Shown here in pieces: positions 11,661 to 24,236 of a stretch of DNA of 64,000 nucleotides. Source of the DNA: Lama guanicoe (lineage: Eukaryota); contig MU053379.1 in NCBI GenBank assembly GCA_013239625.1, positions 1,544,974 through 1,608,973 of the forward strand, written 5' to 3'. Positions within the stretch are counted from its first letter, which is position 1. Every line of letters starts with the position of its first letter. The notes below the pieces were generated by a model. The model had not been told where the DNA came from. It saw nothing but the letters and a program-made list of their open reading frames with translations, and searched no databases. The position numbers and the translations under genes are program-made.

Positions 11661-14481
11661 TGTATGATCTGAGGTTGGGCAGTGCCTGCTAAGATCTGGA
11701 CACCGTGCCAGCCAGGCTTATCTGTTTCTGGAAGAGAATATTGGGTTTGGGGGATGGCACTCTCCAAGTTGGGTCCAAAGACTTGAAAATCTGAGATTTC
11801 CAGGAGGATTTAATATTTTCCCCTATCTTGAGATCTGTGACTCCAGACTCTTCCAAGCTCTTGATGGAGGTGGCTCTATGACATCTTTGAAGGGACAGTT
11901 ACCAAACGACCTCAACCCAAGACTCTGCTCCAGGAAGCCGAGGGCTTCACTTTGTCCAGGCCATGGCCGAAAGTTTCCCTAAGTAGACTCAAGAGGAGAA
12001 ACAGCTGAGGGAAGAAGGAAAGGCCCTTGTTCCCTCTGTGGCACCACCTTTCCTTCCAAGTCTAAAGGAATCTCAAGGCCATGGTGAATGCATGGCAAGG
12101 CGGTGGTGTGCGGTGGGCAGGCTGGCCCCTTGGGGCAGTGGGAAGCAGGTGGGAGGGTCAGGGGATGCTGGAGGCTTCCTGGTTGTACCACCAGCCACAC
12201 CTGTGATGCCATCCTTTCCTCTTCAACCCCCATGATGGTGGGCGTGACCCCAGCTGACCCCCACTTCCCTTTATAAATGTCCATTGTTACACGCTTAACG
12301 TGCATCACCTCATTTCCTGTCACCTCCGCTGCGAGAGGTCCTGAAATGATTCCCACTGCCTCTGGGAGGGTGAAGATCTGCCAAGGTCCAGGCCAGGAAA
12401 GACGGCAGTGACCCCTCCCCGCCACTTCCAAGGCACGTAACTGAAAATAAATATTGCGCTAAACCATAAATCAGGTGCGAGATAGACCAACCAGGTTCTG
12501 GGTTTTTCTCCATGACGACTAGTTTGATGTCTTTTAAATATTACTATATACCATTTTGGTGTGTTTTCAAAAAATGTGATTTGAATGATGTGATTCTGAA
12601 ATAGTTTATTTAATACAAGGATAATAACACTTTGTGACCCAATTTTAAAATGAAATACCAAGAAATTAAAGATAGTTGGGAATTTCAAGGCCATCACGAT
12701 AGGATGGTTTGTAAGCTGTATTTAAGCTACTGTCCAGGCCAGGGGACCACACTCATCTGGTAAAGGGAAAACCCACCATCCTTTGTGAAAACGACAGAAA
12801 GCTTGGTCTTGACTTACATGAGCTGGGATTTACACGAGGTCTTCAGGAAAGCATCTTTCCATTAAATACCACTGCCACGCAGGAAATTATTTTGGAAAAA
12901 GAAAGCCTGAGGGCCTCTGAGTTGCACTGAATGCCTCTGAACTGCGTGTGGCCGTGGGAGGGACTCGCTCAGCCCACCGGGTCATCGGGGGGAGGAGAGG
13001 CCAAGTGACGCACACGAGGGCACAAGGTCAGGGGGGTTTTGAAAACAGAGCTGTTTGATCCCAAATGGCTTGTTGAAGGGGTGGAGTGTCCTTGACCTCC
13101 TCCCATAGAATGGTTTAAAAAAACCAAAAACCCAAGAGCTGGAGAGGACTTAGGAGCTCACCTAATCCAGAGTTTGCCTTTTAGAGTAAACTGAAATCCA
13201 GAGAGCTGAAGGACACAAGGCCACGGTTGCTGTGATTCCACAGGCTTCACCAGTTTTCCAGGGAAACTCCTAAAGGCGGACCTGAGCTCTCTTTCAAGCT
13301 TGTTTCCAGCCTTGCTGTGTGACCACCAGGTGGTCCCTTGCCCTTTCTGGGCTCCAGTCGCACTTCTCTCAGGGACTCAGATGAGTTGGATTAGGTGTAC
13401 TCTCACACTCCTGCAAGATGTAAAGTTCTCTAACTCTGATTCCAGCCTCTTCTCACCGAGTTACTTCCCACGTCTCTTGGGAGGAAACTGGGGTACCAGA
13501 AGGGGGCAGGCCCCCCAGGGTTGGGGTGGCGTAAGTGAACCAGGAGTGCAGAAGCAATCACTGTTCTAAGGGAAGTTTATCTAATAAAGAGCAAATAAAA
13601 ATTTCTTTCCTTTCTTTTCTTTTTTTATAAAAGACATAGCCAGTATCGGAGCCCAAGACAACTGACCAGGGACTGATGGCCTATAATTGTTCTTGGTTAC
13701 AAGTCATTCAGAGGTGCCCTCCCACCTTCCTACCCACGTGGCACACAGAACACAGCAGGCACTCGCCTCTGCCTGAGCATCGCACACCCTCTGGGACGCA
13801 GGCAGCCACCTGCTGGTTCAAGGCAGCCGGTCCGGGGCAGGACCCGGCCAGTGGATCTGATGGACGTCACTGGAGAGATCCATTCTGTGGGGTTTGCGGG
13901 CACAGGACCTTGGAAAACTTTCTGAAATGTCACTGACTAGCGTGGCTACGTGTTAGCTTGTCTCATCTTTATGGTTTCCTCATCTTGAGCAGCACTCTCA
14001 CACCCGGTCAGGCTTTAGGCTTTCTCCCAAGTTTTCTTTCTGAAGGTGAGCCCGATGCCTGTTTTGCGGGGCAGCGGACCGTTCACATATAGCTGCAAAC
14101 ACACCGCTCACAGCGATGTCAGCGCTCCGGCTGGACGTGGTGCTGTTCGTTCTCCCGACCCGCGGGTGGGCTGTGGGCCTGCTTCATCTAGGCTGGGGTA
14201 ACTTGGCTCTGCTCCCTTCCATCTTTCATCCATTCTTCCTCTTTCTCAGACCAGCAGGCTGGTCCAGCTGGGTGTGTTTTGACACAGAGAGCAAACCTGA
14301 CCACACAAGCCTGTTCAGTCCTGTGCACATCACTGGGCTAACATCCCCTTGGCCACGGCGAGTCGCAGAGCCAAACCCAGACCAGAAGTAGAGAAGTGCA
14401 TTCCATGGTCAGAGGTGGGGGAAGCGTGTGAAATGTTGGGACAATAACTATTGTCACTATCCACTGTTACGATGGACAGAT

Positions 14482-14900
14482 TGTGGTGGTTTCAAAACAT
14501 GCCTGCAAACTCTTCAATGCTCCTCCAATCAAGGGGTAGAATTTAGATCCCTGGGCTCTGAACCTGGTTGGGCCCTTGTAACTGCCTCAATGAACAGAAT
14601 GCGGCAGAAGTCACCAGTGTGACTTTCTAGGGTTCTGCCAGTGTCTCATGCACATGCTCAGGCCTTGGGAGAAGTCCTGCCATCTCTCCAGAAGTCCTGG
14701 AGAGACCAGAGAGGTGCTTGGGGATCCCCAGGTTCCCAGCGAGGAGTCCTCACAGATGAACTCAGACACTGCATCTCCCTGAGCAGGGCCTGCCCAGCCG
14801 AGCCAAGTTAACCCCCAGGTTCTGAGCAAAACAAATGATTGTTTTAAGCCATTTTGGTTGGGGCGGGGGGAGCTCATTATGCAGTATTAGATAAGAAGGA
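14482..14900 (+). mobile_element. MaLR LTR (MLT1F/G/H-like)
   Basis: tgtggtggtttcaaaacatg ... aacagaatgcggcagaagt ... aaatgattgttttaagcca ... tatgcagtattagataa. Confidence 0.75.
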
Positions 14901-14959
14901 AATCAAGGTTGCAGTTGCTAGCAAGGAATGGTGCTCAGGGGTGAATAGCAGCTCCACCA

Positions 14960-15130
14960 CCTGCTGCCCAGTCTGTGACCTTGGATAAGCCCTGTGACCC
15001 CTCTGGGCCTCAGCTTCTCCATCTGTAAAATGGTCCCGTTCTCAGCTTCTGGTGGTTGCGGTCACATTATATCAAACACGTAGCACATGCCTGGGTTGTA
15101 GCAGGTGTTCAGTTCACGTTGATCGAATAA
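14960..15130 (+). mobile_element. MIR SINE
   Basis: ctgtgaccttggataag ... gggcctcagcttctccatctgtaaaatgg. Confidence 0.7.
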
Positions 15131-15330
15131 CTAACCGCTCACTGTTAAGTTTGGCTCAGAGTGCGGGAGGAAGTGGGTAAACGCTGGCTGGGAGAGAGGG
15201 GACCGCATAGCGGGCACATGCAACGACTGCAACAGAGCTATGGTTTAGCTGAGGCCGCGAAGTGCGGCTCCCAGAGGTGACTGAGTGCGCTGTGTGTGCA
15301 CTTCAGATCTTCCTTTTAAAAGGAAGCTGA

Positions 15331-15519
15331 TAAGAGAGTAGATTTTAAAAGTTCTTGTCACAAGAAAAAAAAATTTGTGGCCATGTGAGGTGATGGATGT
15401 TAACCAAGCTCACTGCAGCAATCATGTTGCAGTGTGTACGTATGTCAGATCGTCGTGCGTAGACCTTAACCTAACACAGCGTTATACGTCAGCTATAGCT
15501 CAGTAAACTGGGAGAAAAG
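15331..15519 (+). mobile_element. 5'-truncated L1MA9-like 3' end with 13-bp TSD
   Basis: taagagagtagattttaaaagttct ... atgtgaggtgatggatgttaa. TSD aaaaggaagctga at 15318-15330 and 15520-15532; TTTT/AAAA endonuclease site. Confidence 0.88.
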
Positions 15520-16843
15520 AAAAGGAAGCTGACACCTTCCCAGGCCTCAGCTGATGTGTGTGAAACCTGCCTCTCGGGGCTCACAGGGGAGCTCCTTGTC
15601 TGCCAAGCTTTATTTCGCTGCGTTGTGGTGACACACAGTGAGTACTTTGTTTAGGGCAGTATTTTAGGCAGGCTGATAAAAGGCTGATGGAAGCTCATCA
15701 GTCAGTGTAGCCAGCCTGTTTGGGTTTCTCTCTGCTCTCAGAAACCAAAGGGGTCTTCCTTTAAAAAAATTTCTTTTTTCATTGACAAACCACACACATA
15801 CATGCAGGGAGCACACGTCCTAGGTGAGCAGCTCAGTGAATTTTCATAAACTGAACACATCTGTGTAACCAACACCCAGGTCAAGAAACAGGCACCCCAG
15901 GCGTCCCGCTTGTGCCCCCTCCCAGTCCCTCCCTCGACTCCCCATCAGGGAAACCACAACTTCCAACTTAAACTGCCATTGTTTAGTCTGTCCACAGTTT
16001 CTGCTTTTTGTAGAAGCAGAATCATGTACTCTGCCTGCTTTACGTCTGGGCTCTTTGGTTCGGCGTGCTCTCTGTGCAGCCCACGAGTTTCTTGTGCACG
16101 TTTGGGCAACTTCCTCTTCTCTGCTGCGCCGTATTTCATTCTGTGAATTTCCTGAAGTTTATCTGTCCATTCGGCAGTCGGCAGTAGTTTGAGGATCTGC
16201 TTCCCATCTGCCGATCTCCCCCAGCATGCAGATTACTCGACATTGTCTGAAATTCTTAAAACTTGTACTTAGAACTGGGGGCAAGAAGTGTGTTTCTCTT
16301 GTACTTCCAAATCCATTCTCCTCCGGCTGCCCACGCTGCCCATGTGTCTTCATTGGCTCTTCCAGCCTCTCACTCACTTGGCCAGATTTCAAGGGGTGGT
16401 GGGTAAGGGCCTTCCCTCTGACTGCTGGTGCCTGAAGCCCACTCCTGGAGGCTCTTTCTTTCTCACTGTTAAAATGCAAGCACCCGGGAGGCATTTTCTC
16501 TTGGGCCGTCTATGTCGTTTGTTGCCCAGGGGGAAGAAGGGAAGAAGACTTCTGAGAGTTGACCTGGACCAGGAATCCAGTGACACTTGGTACCTAAGGG
16601 AAGAGGTTTTCTGTGTCAGAAGGAAAAGCCAGAAAGCAAGGGTGTGGACTTTGACACAGACTCTGCTCTGCTCTGCCCTGCCTCCGGCCCAGTTTGGGCA
16701 CTGTGACTGGAGTGGGAGATTACAACTGGATTTGCTAAAGCCCAGTACATAGTACTTTCTTTAACCCAAACTAAGTCTAAGGGGCACCTTTGCATGCTGA
16801 CTCACTAAGGGAGGGAAGACACTGCAGTTAAGGCGGCGGCATT

Positions 16844-16972
16844 GGGGAGGGTGTAGCTCAGTGGCGAACTGCGTGCTTAACACGCATGAGGTCCTGGGTT
16901 CACCCCCAGTACCTCCTCTAAAAATAAATAAACAAATAAACCTAATTACCTCCCATCATCAAAAAAAAAAAA
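16844..16972 (+). mobile_element. camelid tRNA-derived SINE (Vic-1 type)
   Basis: ggggagggtgtagctcagtgg (A box) ... gaggtcctgggttcacccccagtacctcc (B box), then aaataaataaacaaataaacctaattacctccc and an A tail. Confidence 0.85.
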
Positions 16973-18479
16973 AGAAGGTGCCATCCTGCTTTCTTATCAT
17001 TTAGAATTTAACTTACTGAGAGAGGGCTTTCAAACTTAATTACATGAAGATTTTACAATATGTGACTCTTGGGTGAACATAAAAATATACAAGCAAAACA
17101 TATTGGTTAATGTGCCCTATTTCTTAGCATTCAGAGTCTGAGTTCTCTGATCCATCTCCGACTGAGTCGCGGAGCCCTGTGGTCCCTCCGCCCCCCGGAC
17201 AGCAGTGTCCCAGGCCCGCCGAGAGCCTAGCTGCTGCAGTAGTTCTTAGTGTGCTCCGCACGAGAGCCAACGGCCACTGGTCTGGGGCTCCTCAGCTGGC
17301 TCTGCAGCTACGGGAAGCCAGCCCGCGTCCAGTTCCCGCTGTGGGAGGGCTGCCCAACACATACCCCCCTTCCTCTCGCCCCCACCCCAGTCAGGTGCTC
17401 TGCCGTCCCGGCCCCCACGCAGGTTTTGAGGCTGGTACTTCTGATGGTCAAGCGTGTACACGCCGCGGCTGCTACATGACTGCTGCCTGGGGGAGGTGAT
17501 GTAGGAACCTTTGATCATAAGATGCAGCTCAACTTCAGAGCTGTTAAGAAGGGGAAAACTAGTGTGTCTTAGATTCGGCGCAGTTCCGCAGCCCCACAGC
17601 TGCCTGTGGGCCGGCTCTGCCGTCACCAGCGCCGGGACCTTCCAGAGGCCCGCTGCCCGCGCACAGATTGTGGCCTGTGTCTGAACACTTGGTTTTGCTT
17701 CATTTTTCTGGAAATACTGTGCGCAAACTGATTACATGGCTCCACTCCCCACACCCCTCCAAAGTAAACCTAGGAACACAGCTCAGTGGTTTTTCTGGAG
17801 CAAAATGTAGAAGTAACATCAGCCTTCAGACCCGGGAGAGCTGCCGGTGTGTTCATTGTCTGGTCACGAACAGAGTCCGCCTCAAGCGGCCCCGGGAGGG
17901 TCTGCGCTGCCTCGCGCTTCCACCCCCGGCCTCCCTCACGCTGGCCCTCTTTGCAGGGTGAGCCCCGGCTCTGAGGCCCACTCTCGGAGGCCTCCAGCCT
18001 GTGAGACAAGATGGACTGATTTCCGGCTTGACTTCTCCCAGTTTGCGCAGGAACCTGACTTAGCGCTGGTGGAGGGCTGCTCTGTTTTCCACCATGGCTT
18101 CAGTAAAGCGCTGCCTGGAGACGCCTACAGAAAGTCTGTTTGCTTTTTGGACACGGGTTCATTCAGAAAAAGGCTCAGGCGATTGCCCAGGGGACCTTTG
18201 CTGTTTGTTTTCAATGGCTTGGGAGCCTGGAGATTCAATATTTATCTCCCTGCCCGCAGAGCTTGCCCAGGAAGGGGTCTGGAGGGTGGAAAGGTGACGC
18301 TTATTTTTCTTTTTACGGTTTCAAATGCATGGCTCGGTCACAAGCCAGCCACAGACTGAGGGGCTCTGCCTCTTTTGCATACAGTAGGTTTTGGACAAAT
18401 TTACTTTCCTAGCAAGCTCCCTGGAGATGTGTCGGGAGAGATCCACTTTCACTGAGGAGATGCTCTGAGCTTTGGGAAA

Positions 18480-18930
18480 GGAAACAATAGTATGTGTGTA
18501 TGTATGTATGTATGCATGCATGCATACATGTATGTATCTGTCTGTCTTTCTGTCTGTCTGTCTATCTGTCTATCGATATTTTAAGGAATTGGTTCACACA
18601 ACTGCGGAGACTGGTGAGTGCAAAATCTGCAGGGTGGGCCATCAGGCTGGAGACCCAGGGAAGAGCTGGTCTTTCAGGTCAAATCCAGGAGCAGCCTGCT
18701 GGCAAAGTTCCCTCTTGCTGGGGAGAGTCAGTCTTTCCTTGCAGGAAAGCCTTCCACTGACTGGATGAGGCCCGCCCATGTTATGGAGAGCCATCTGTTT
18801 ACTCAAAGTCCACTGATTTAAGTGTTACTCTCATCCAAAAACACTCTCACAGAAACATCCGGAATAATGTCTGACCACATATGCGGGTACTGTGGCCCAG
18901 CCACGCTGGCACATAAAATTAACCATCAAA
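18480..18930 (-). mobile_element. MLT2 (ERVL) LTR with internal (TATG)n/(TCTG)n microsatellite
   Basis: ttttaaggaattggttcac ... ctggatgaggcccgccc ... ttactcaaagtccactgattta ... cataaaattaaccatca. Confidence 0.85.
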
Positions 18931-19349
18931 ATAGCCTTTAATCTTTCTCTGGTCCTAAGGGTTAGAAGCCCATTTGGTCCATGTTGGCAAGTTGTAAGTT
19001 TCCAAGAAGAGGGCTAGCAGCCAGCCTCCCTCCACCTCTCATCATATCCCAGCGGAAGTGATGGGGGCTATTGTTGAGGAAGTTTCAGACTGGACCTACT
19101 GAATTCACCAAATATGGCAAAATATTGTTGCTAATATTCTCCAAAAAAATCTTTTACTAAATTATAGTGTACAGCCACACAAGTCGGTACAACTTGCTGA
19201 ATTTCACAAAGCAAACCAGCACAAGACCAGAATACAGACCATTACGAGCACCCCAGGAAGCCCTCTCTTGTTCCCTTCTGGCCACTACCCCCTTCCTGAG
19301 GGCGACCACAGCGCGTCCCCGCCAGGATCACAGGTTAGCTTTGCCTGTG

Positions 19350-19848
19350 TTGTGCTCATGGCAGGTGTGTTTTCCAAAGATGGCGCCTCTTCTGAAAAAG
19401 TGGTGCTGACGTTCCTCCACTGAGGGGCGGGGTCTCTGTTCCCAGCCTTTGAATGTGTGTGGACCTGTGATTGTGGCAGAAATGATGCCATGTGGCTTCT
19501 GGGGCTAAGTTATAAAAGGCTAAAGTATAAAAGCATCCCTGACGCTTTGGGGCTGCTCACCCTTGGGACCCAGCCCCAGGCAGGGCTCTGTGTGTGTGTG
19601 TGTGTGTGTTCCAACCCCAGCCCCGCTGAGGTCCCAGCTAACAGGCAGCAGCCATCACCGCACTTGTGGGCAGGGAGCTTCCAGCTCTCCGCTCTTCCCA
19701 ACTGCTTTGGCGTAGAGCACAGATGAGCTGTTCCCTACTGAGCTGTTCCCTGCCCAGATTCAGACTCGTGAGCAAACAAATACCGTGGTTGCTTATAGTC
19801 ACTAACTTTGGGGGTCATTTGTTACCCAGCAGGAGATAACTAGAACAT
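19350..19848 (+). mobile_element. MaLR LTR (MLT1G/H-like) nested in an old minus-strand L1M fragment (~19150-20200)
   Basis: ttccaaagatggc ... tggcagaaatgatgccatgtggcttctggggctaagttataaaagg ... cactaactttggggtcatttgttacccagcaggagataactagaaca. Confidence 0.75.
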
Positions 19849-21859
19849 ACTTCACATAAGTGCCATCGTACAGTGTGAGTGCTTACATTCCGCGTTCTGC
19901 CTGTGAGGTTCTTTCATGTCGTCGTGTGTGGTTGTAGGTATAGTTGTAGCATGTAGCTCATTCTTGTTGCTTCACGGTCTGTGGTCATATGGGTGCAACA
20001 CAATTTATATATTCATTGTTCTGTTGACAGATGTTAGTTAGTTCCAGTTTATGGCTAATAGTAAAAGCCAAACATTCCAGCGCATGTCTTTTGGTAACAT
20101 CAGTGTGCGTTTCTGTTGGGCGTGTACCTGGCGTTGGAACTGCAGAGTCATGGAGTGTGTCTATGCTCTGGTACTGCCAAAAAGTTTGTGAATACACTTT
20201 TTGAACAGAATATTACAAGCAATTTCCCAGGCTTATTTATAGACTGATCTCCTGAAGTTTGACCCCATCTAGGGAGGGAGATCAGATCAGACGTGTCCTG
20301 GTCACCTCTAGAAAAGACTCGAGGTCAGGACTGTTCTATTTATTTGCTCTGTAACCGGAAGACCCAGGTGTCCTAGGCTTGCCAGGAGCGTAACTGTTAA
20401 CGGCGTCGGTTTGTAGACTGTAACAGCCTCCCGGTGTGACGCGGCCCTGGAGCAGCCCTCTCTGGCATTCCTCCTTTAACACACGCGTGAAGACACACGG
20501 ACGTCAGAATCCGGGCTCGTCTTGGGGATGTCCTGTTGCCACAGTCCCGGAAGTTTCTTGTCAGTGAGACAGGATCCCTGAGTAGGAAGCCTGCCGAACC
20601 ACGCGCTGCAGGCTCTACCCTCTGAGTCATTTAGTGCAGGGAGACCCCAGCGAAGGCAGGAAAAGGCTGAGTTGCCCGTTTCCGTGCCCTTTAGTTTACA
20701 TTTTAAATGAAAGTTGAACCCAACAGGCACAGAACCCGCAATGCACAGCTGAAGCGGCCTTTGTATGAGGAGCCGTGACTGAGCTCACACAAGCCCAGAA
20801 GGACAGCAGTGCCACGGCTGCCGCCTGACAAGCAGCCGTGGCGGGGACGCCGCTGCTGGGGGCCTTGCGTGCAGGCGCGATGGCGTGTGGAGGAAATGTG
20901 CAGTCAGAGCCGGCCGGCGCAGCACTCTGAATGTCCGTCCCAGCACAGCTCCTACCCAGGGGGCCTTGCCTGTTGCACAGGGTGGTTTTTGCCTCGATCC
21001 GCTGAGATAATGGTCTATGAGGAGCTTGGAACAAGTATCAGGGCTTCTCAGCATCTCTGTGTCTGAATCTGTCAGGATGTCGGGGTGGTCATTTTCCCGA
21101 AGGGTGACGGGAGGACGCGTGCCCTGCTGCTCGTCACCGCGGTGGCCGAGAGCCCCTGGGGCGCTCCCAGCAGGAACGGCGCCCTTGCGCACGAGGTCTT
21201 GGCTGTTTGGGCCTGGCACCCACCTCGGGGCTAACCATACCCAGGGGTGCTGGCTGGGAGGACTGAGATGAGGACAGAGGAGGGAGCAGAACCTGGGGGC
21301 GAGAGAGAGAGAAAGGTGGAGAAAGGAGGCAGTGAGAAGGCCGAGGCCCGGGGAGGATGGAGGGTGGGAAGGAGGAGGGAGAGCCCCACGCGATAAGGGC
21401 GCTCAGGGCCTCCGTGGGCTGCCTCCTTGGGCCCTCACAGCACTAAGTAATGAACTTGAAGGGTTCTCGTGAGCCTCAGTTTCCTCATCTCTGAAGCGGG
21501 ATCATCACCACCAGCATCATCTACCTCCCGGGCGTGAGGATTCGCCAAGACGGTGGCAGGAAGGGCCCTGTCTCAGCACCCGGGGAGGGGCTGGGAGGGA
21601 CGCATGTGTAATTAATGTGGCGAACGTCAAAATTCTACACAGATAGGAAGCTAGACAGTAAATAACACATCTTTCCCTGACAAACAGCAAATATTTTTCT
21701 CTGGAAAATATTCTAATTTTTTATATGATTACATATAAATGAGCATTTTTCAAAATAGGCTGTCACCAGGTAAATGTGACCGAAGCACATGCGGTGACAT
21801 GGAAAACACTTTGGAACCTTCCGGAGCCCCAGGGTGGGGCTGGACCACCGTTTGCCGTG

Positions 21860-22075
21860 GGCAGGAGGGGCTGTTGGTGGGAAGGTTGTGCTCTGCCGTT
21901 TACCAGCTGTATGACCTTGGGCGAGTCCCTGACCCCTCTGAGCCTCAGTTTCTCACCTGCAAAAGGCAAATGATGAGAGTGTCCATTGCACAGAGTGGTT
22001 GTAAACGCTGACTCTGGTGAGTAGGTAAACCCTTAAACAGGTGGGGTACATGTCAGCACTCAGTGCTCCCAGCTA
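21860..22075 (+). mobile_element. MIR SINE
   Basis: ctctgccgtttaccagctgtatgaccttgggcgag ... tctgagcctcagtttctcacctgcaaaag. Confidence 0.75.
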
Positions 22076-23029
22076 CGCGTCTGCCGTGGGCGGTAGGGCA
22101 GGTCGGGTGCAAAGGAGTAAATGCGCGAAACGGCTTATTCCAGGTCAGGCCCTAAGTGGACCCTCCCTGCCCACGAGTCAGCCCTCACTGCTGACGCCTG
22201 GTGTCAGGATGAGGCGAGGGACCCTTGGCTCCTCTTGGGAGGTTGATGTGAGCACCCAGCGCGGTGGGCAGGCAGCGGGAGGCGAGCCCTGTGCCGGGAT
22301 TTGGTCGACGGAGGGCAGCGCTCCCAGGAGACCCGCGTCGGGCGGAGGAGGACCGTGCTCTGCTTTCCCGGGGGCTGGCTCGCCCTCGCAGAACGTTGCC
22401 GATCGCTCGCATTGCCTTCTCTCTCCTACCAAGGCACCATAAGCTTCCTTTGAAGGGTGGCTGCTCCCTCCTGGTGCCCCTCCAGCCCCGTTCCCGCCTG
22501 TGCACCCTGAGTGACCTCCGTGCTGTGAGGAAGTGGGAGGCTCTTGCAGCAGAAGGACCTGGGCGTCTGCAGATGGGCTATGACTCAGGAGCCACCATCC
22601 TGGGCTCCACTGTCCCTGCAACGTCTCAAGGCTGAGGAGGAGGGAACGGGTGTCCCAGGGGCTTGTGTAGAGGCCGTTCCTCTTGGCTGGCCAGCACGGT
22701 CACCATCTCCTTTCTGGGTTTGGAGGATGTTCCACCTTATTTCTCTCGGTGGAACACAGGACCTGACCCCGGATGCTGAATGCTGGATGCTGGGCTCCCA
22801 TGCTCCTTAGCATCCAGGGCATGGGCGTTTAGACCCTGTCAGCTCACATTACCACCTTCAGTTTCAAACCTTGGCCTGGGAGCTGGTGCTCGACAGAGGC
22901 AGAAGCTGGGCAGAGTCCATCCTGGAAGGGTGGTGGCAGCAGTGATGGGACCTCTCCCTTTCCCTGAGGCCACAGAACCCTCATCAGATAGTTTCAACAG
23001 CAGGGTCCTCTGTGGCTGGTGTCACTGTC

Positions 23030-23475
23030 GTGTGGTGGGTGGCAGCAGTGGCGCTGTGCTGTTCACTCCCTGCCCCCCTCCAAACCATTCCTCTCTGTCC
23101 TGACGGGTGTCCTGAGGTCTCGACCACTGTGGGCCACACCACTGGGCTCTCCTGCCTTCAGGTTTCCAGCTGGGTTTGGTCACTGGGTGGCACGAGAAGG
23201 AAAGAAGACAGAGGTCAAGGTATTTCTTCCCTCCTTCCTGTCTGCCTGGGGCCGTGCCTGGACGGGGCAGAGTCTTTCCATGGCCTGTGGTCCCGCCTCG
23301 GAGGCTCCAGCACTCACTGGGCTCCACTTCAGGCCCAGGATGGTGGTGACTTCCTGCCACTGCTGGTCTCTGTGCTTCCACACGCCTTATCTTTATTCCT
23401 TTAATCTTTCCAACTTTGATAAACTCCTTTCTTGAAAGTAGAAGATGGTGTCTGTTCCCTGCTTTGCTGAACGCT
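23030..23475 (+). mobile_element. LTR33-like ERVL LTR
   Basis: tttccagctgggtttggtcactggg ... gaggtcaaggtatttcttccc ... cttcaggcccaggatggtggtgacttcctgccactgctgg. Confidence 0.7.
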
Positions 23476-23734
23476 TAGGGCACATCTCTGCCCAGACGTG
23501 GGCCTCGCAAGATTGCTGTGTGCCCAGGTGGTGGTGTTGAGACTGGAGCGCTGCCCTGCGGGTACCCAGTGAAGGCTGCCTTGAGTTTAAGCCCATGCGG
23601 AGGGGGCAGTCCTGGGTGTTCTTTGACCAAAACCGTTTTATGAAAGATCTGGAGTCCGTTTTCATAGGTCTGCACTGTGTGAAGACCAGACAAAGCATCC
23701 TCATGGCCAGCTGTGGAACGTGTCAAGACTGTAG

Positions 23735-24236
23735 AAAGAGCCACACCTTTACATCCATCTCCCTTGTGATGTGACTTTGCAGCTCCTCCCATCACAAGGG
23801 GAGTCTGTTCCCATACCCTTGACTCTGGCCCTTCCACTTGCTTTAGCCAGTGGGATGCTGTGGAGGAGGTGGGAGGCCAGTTCTGGGCCGGGGCAGGAGG
23901 CCGCGTCTGCTTCTGCTCGCTTTGTTCAGACCCCTGCTCCCCAGCCCTGCAGCCCACACCTACCCCACCATGCATGAGCCAGCGCTGACCTGCTGGGGGA
24001 GGAGAGGCCACTGCACCTGAGCCAGGTTGTCCCAGCTGAGGCTTTGCCTGTGGGGGGCGGGGCAGATAGATCAGCAGAGCCCTGTGCGTTGGGCTGCAGA
24101 CACGAGGACATTCAGCTGAGGTCAGAAGAAACACCCAGCCGAGCCTGGCCTGAATTTCTGACCCACAGAATTGTGAGCGAAGTAAGCTGGTCTTGCTTTA
24201 GAGAGACTTGTCGCGGAGATGTAGCTAATTGATACA
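23735..24236 (+). mobile_element. MaLR LTR (MLT1H-like)
   Basis: tgtgactttgcagctcctcccatca ... cccagccgagcctggcctgaatttctgacccacagaattgtgagc ... tagctaattgataca. Confidence 0.78.

Noticed and set aside
16844..16917. tRNA gene
   Set aside because: The tRNA-like head continues into a SINE tail and polyA, and a second copy is present; it is a SINE, not a tRNA.
18508..18529. Perfect 22-bp palindrome atgtatgcatgcatgcatacat
   Set aside because: By-product of TATG/CATG microsatellite slippage inside an MLT2 LTR.
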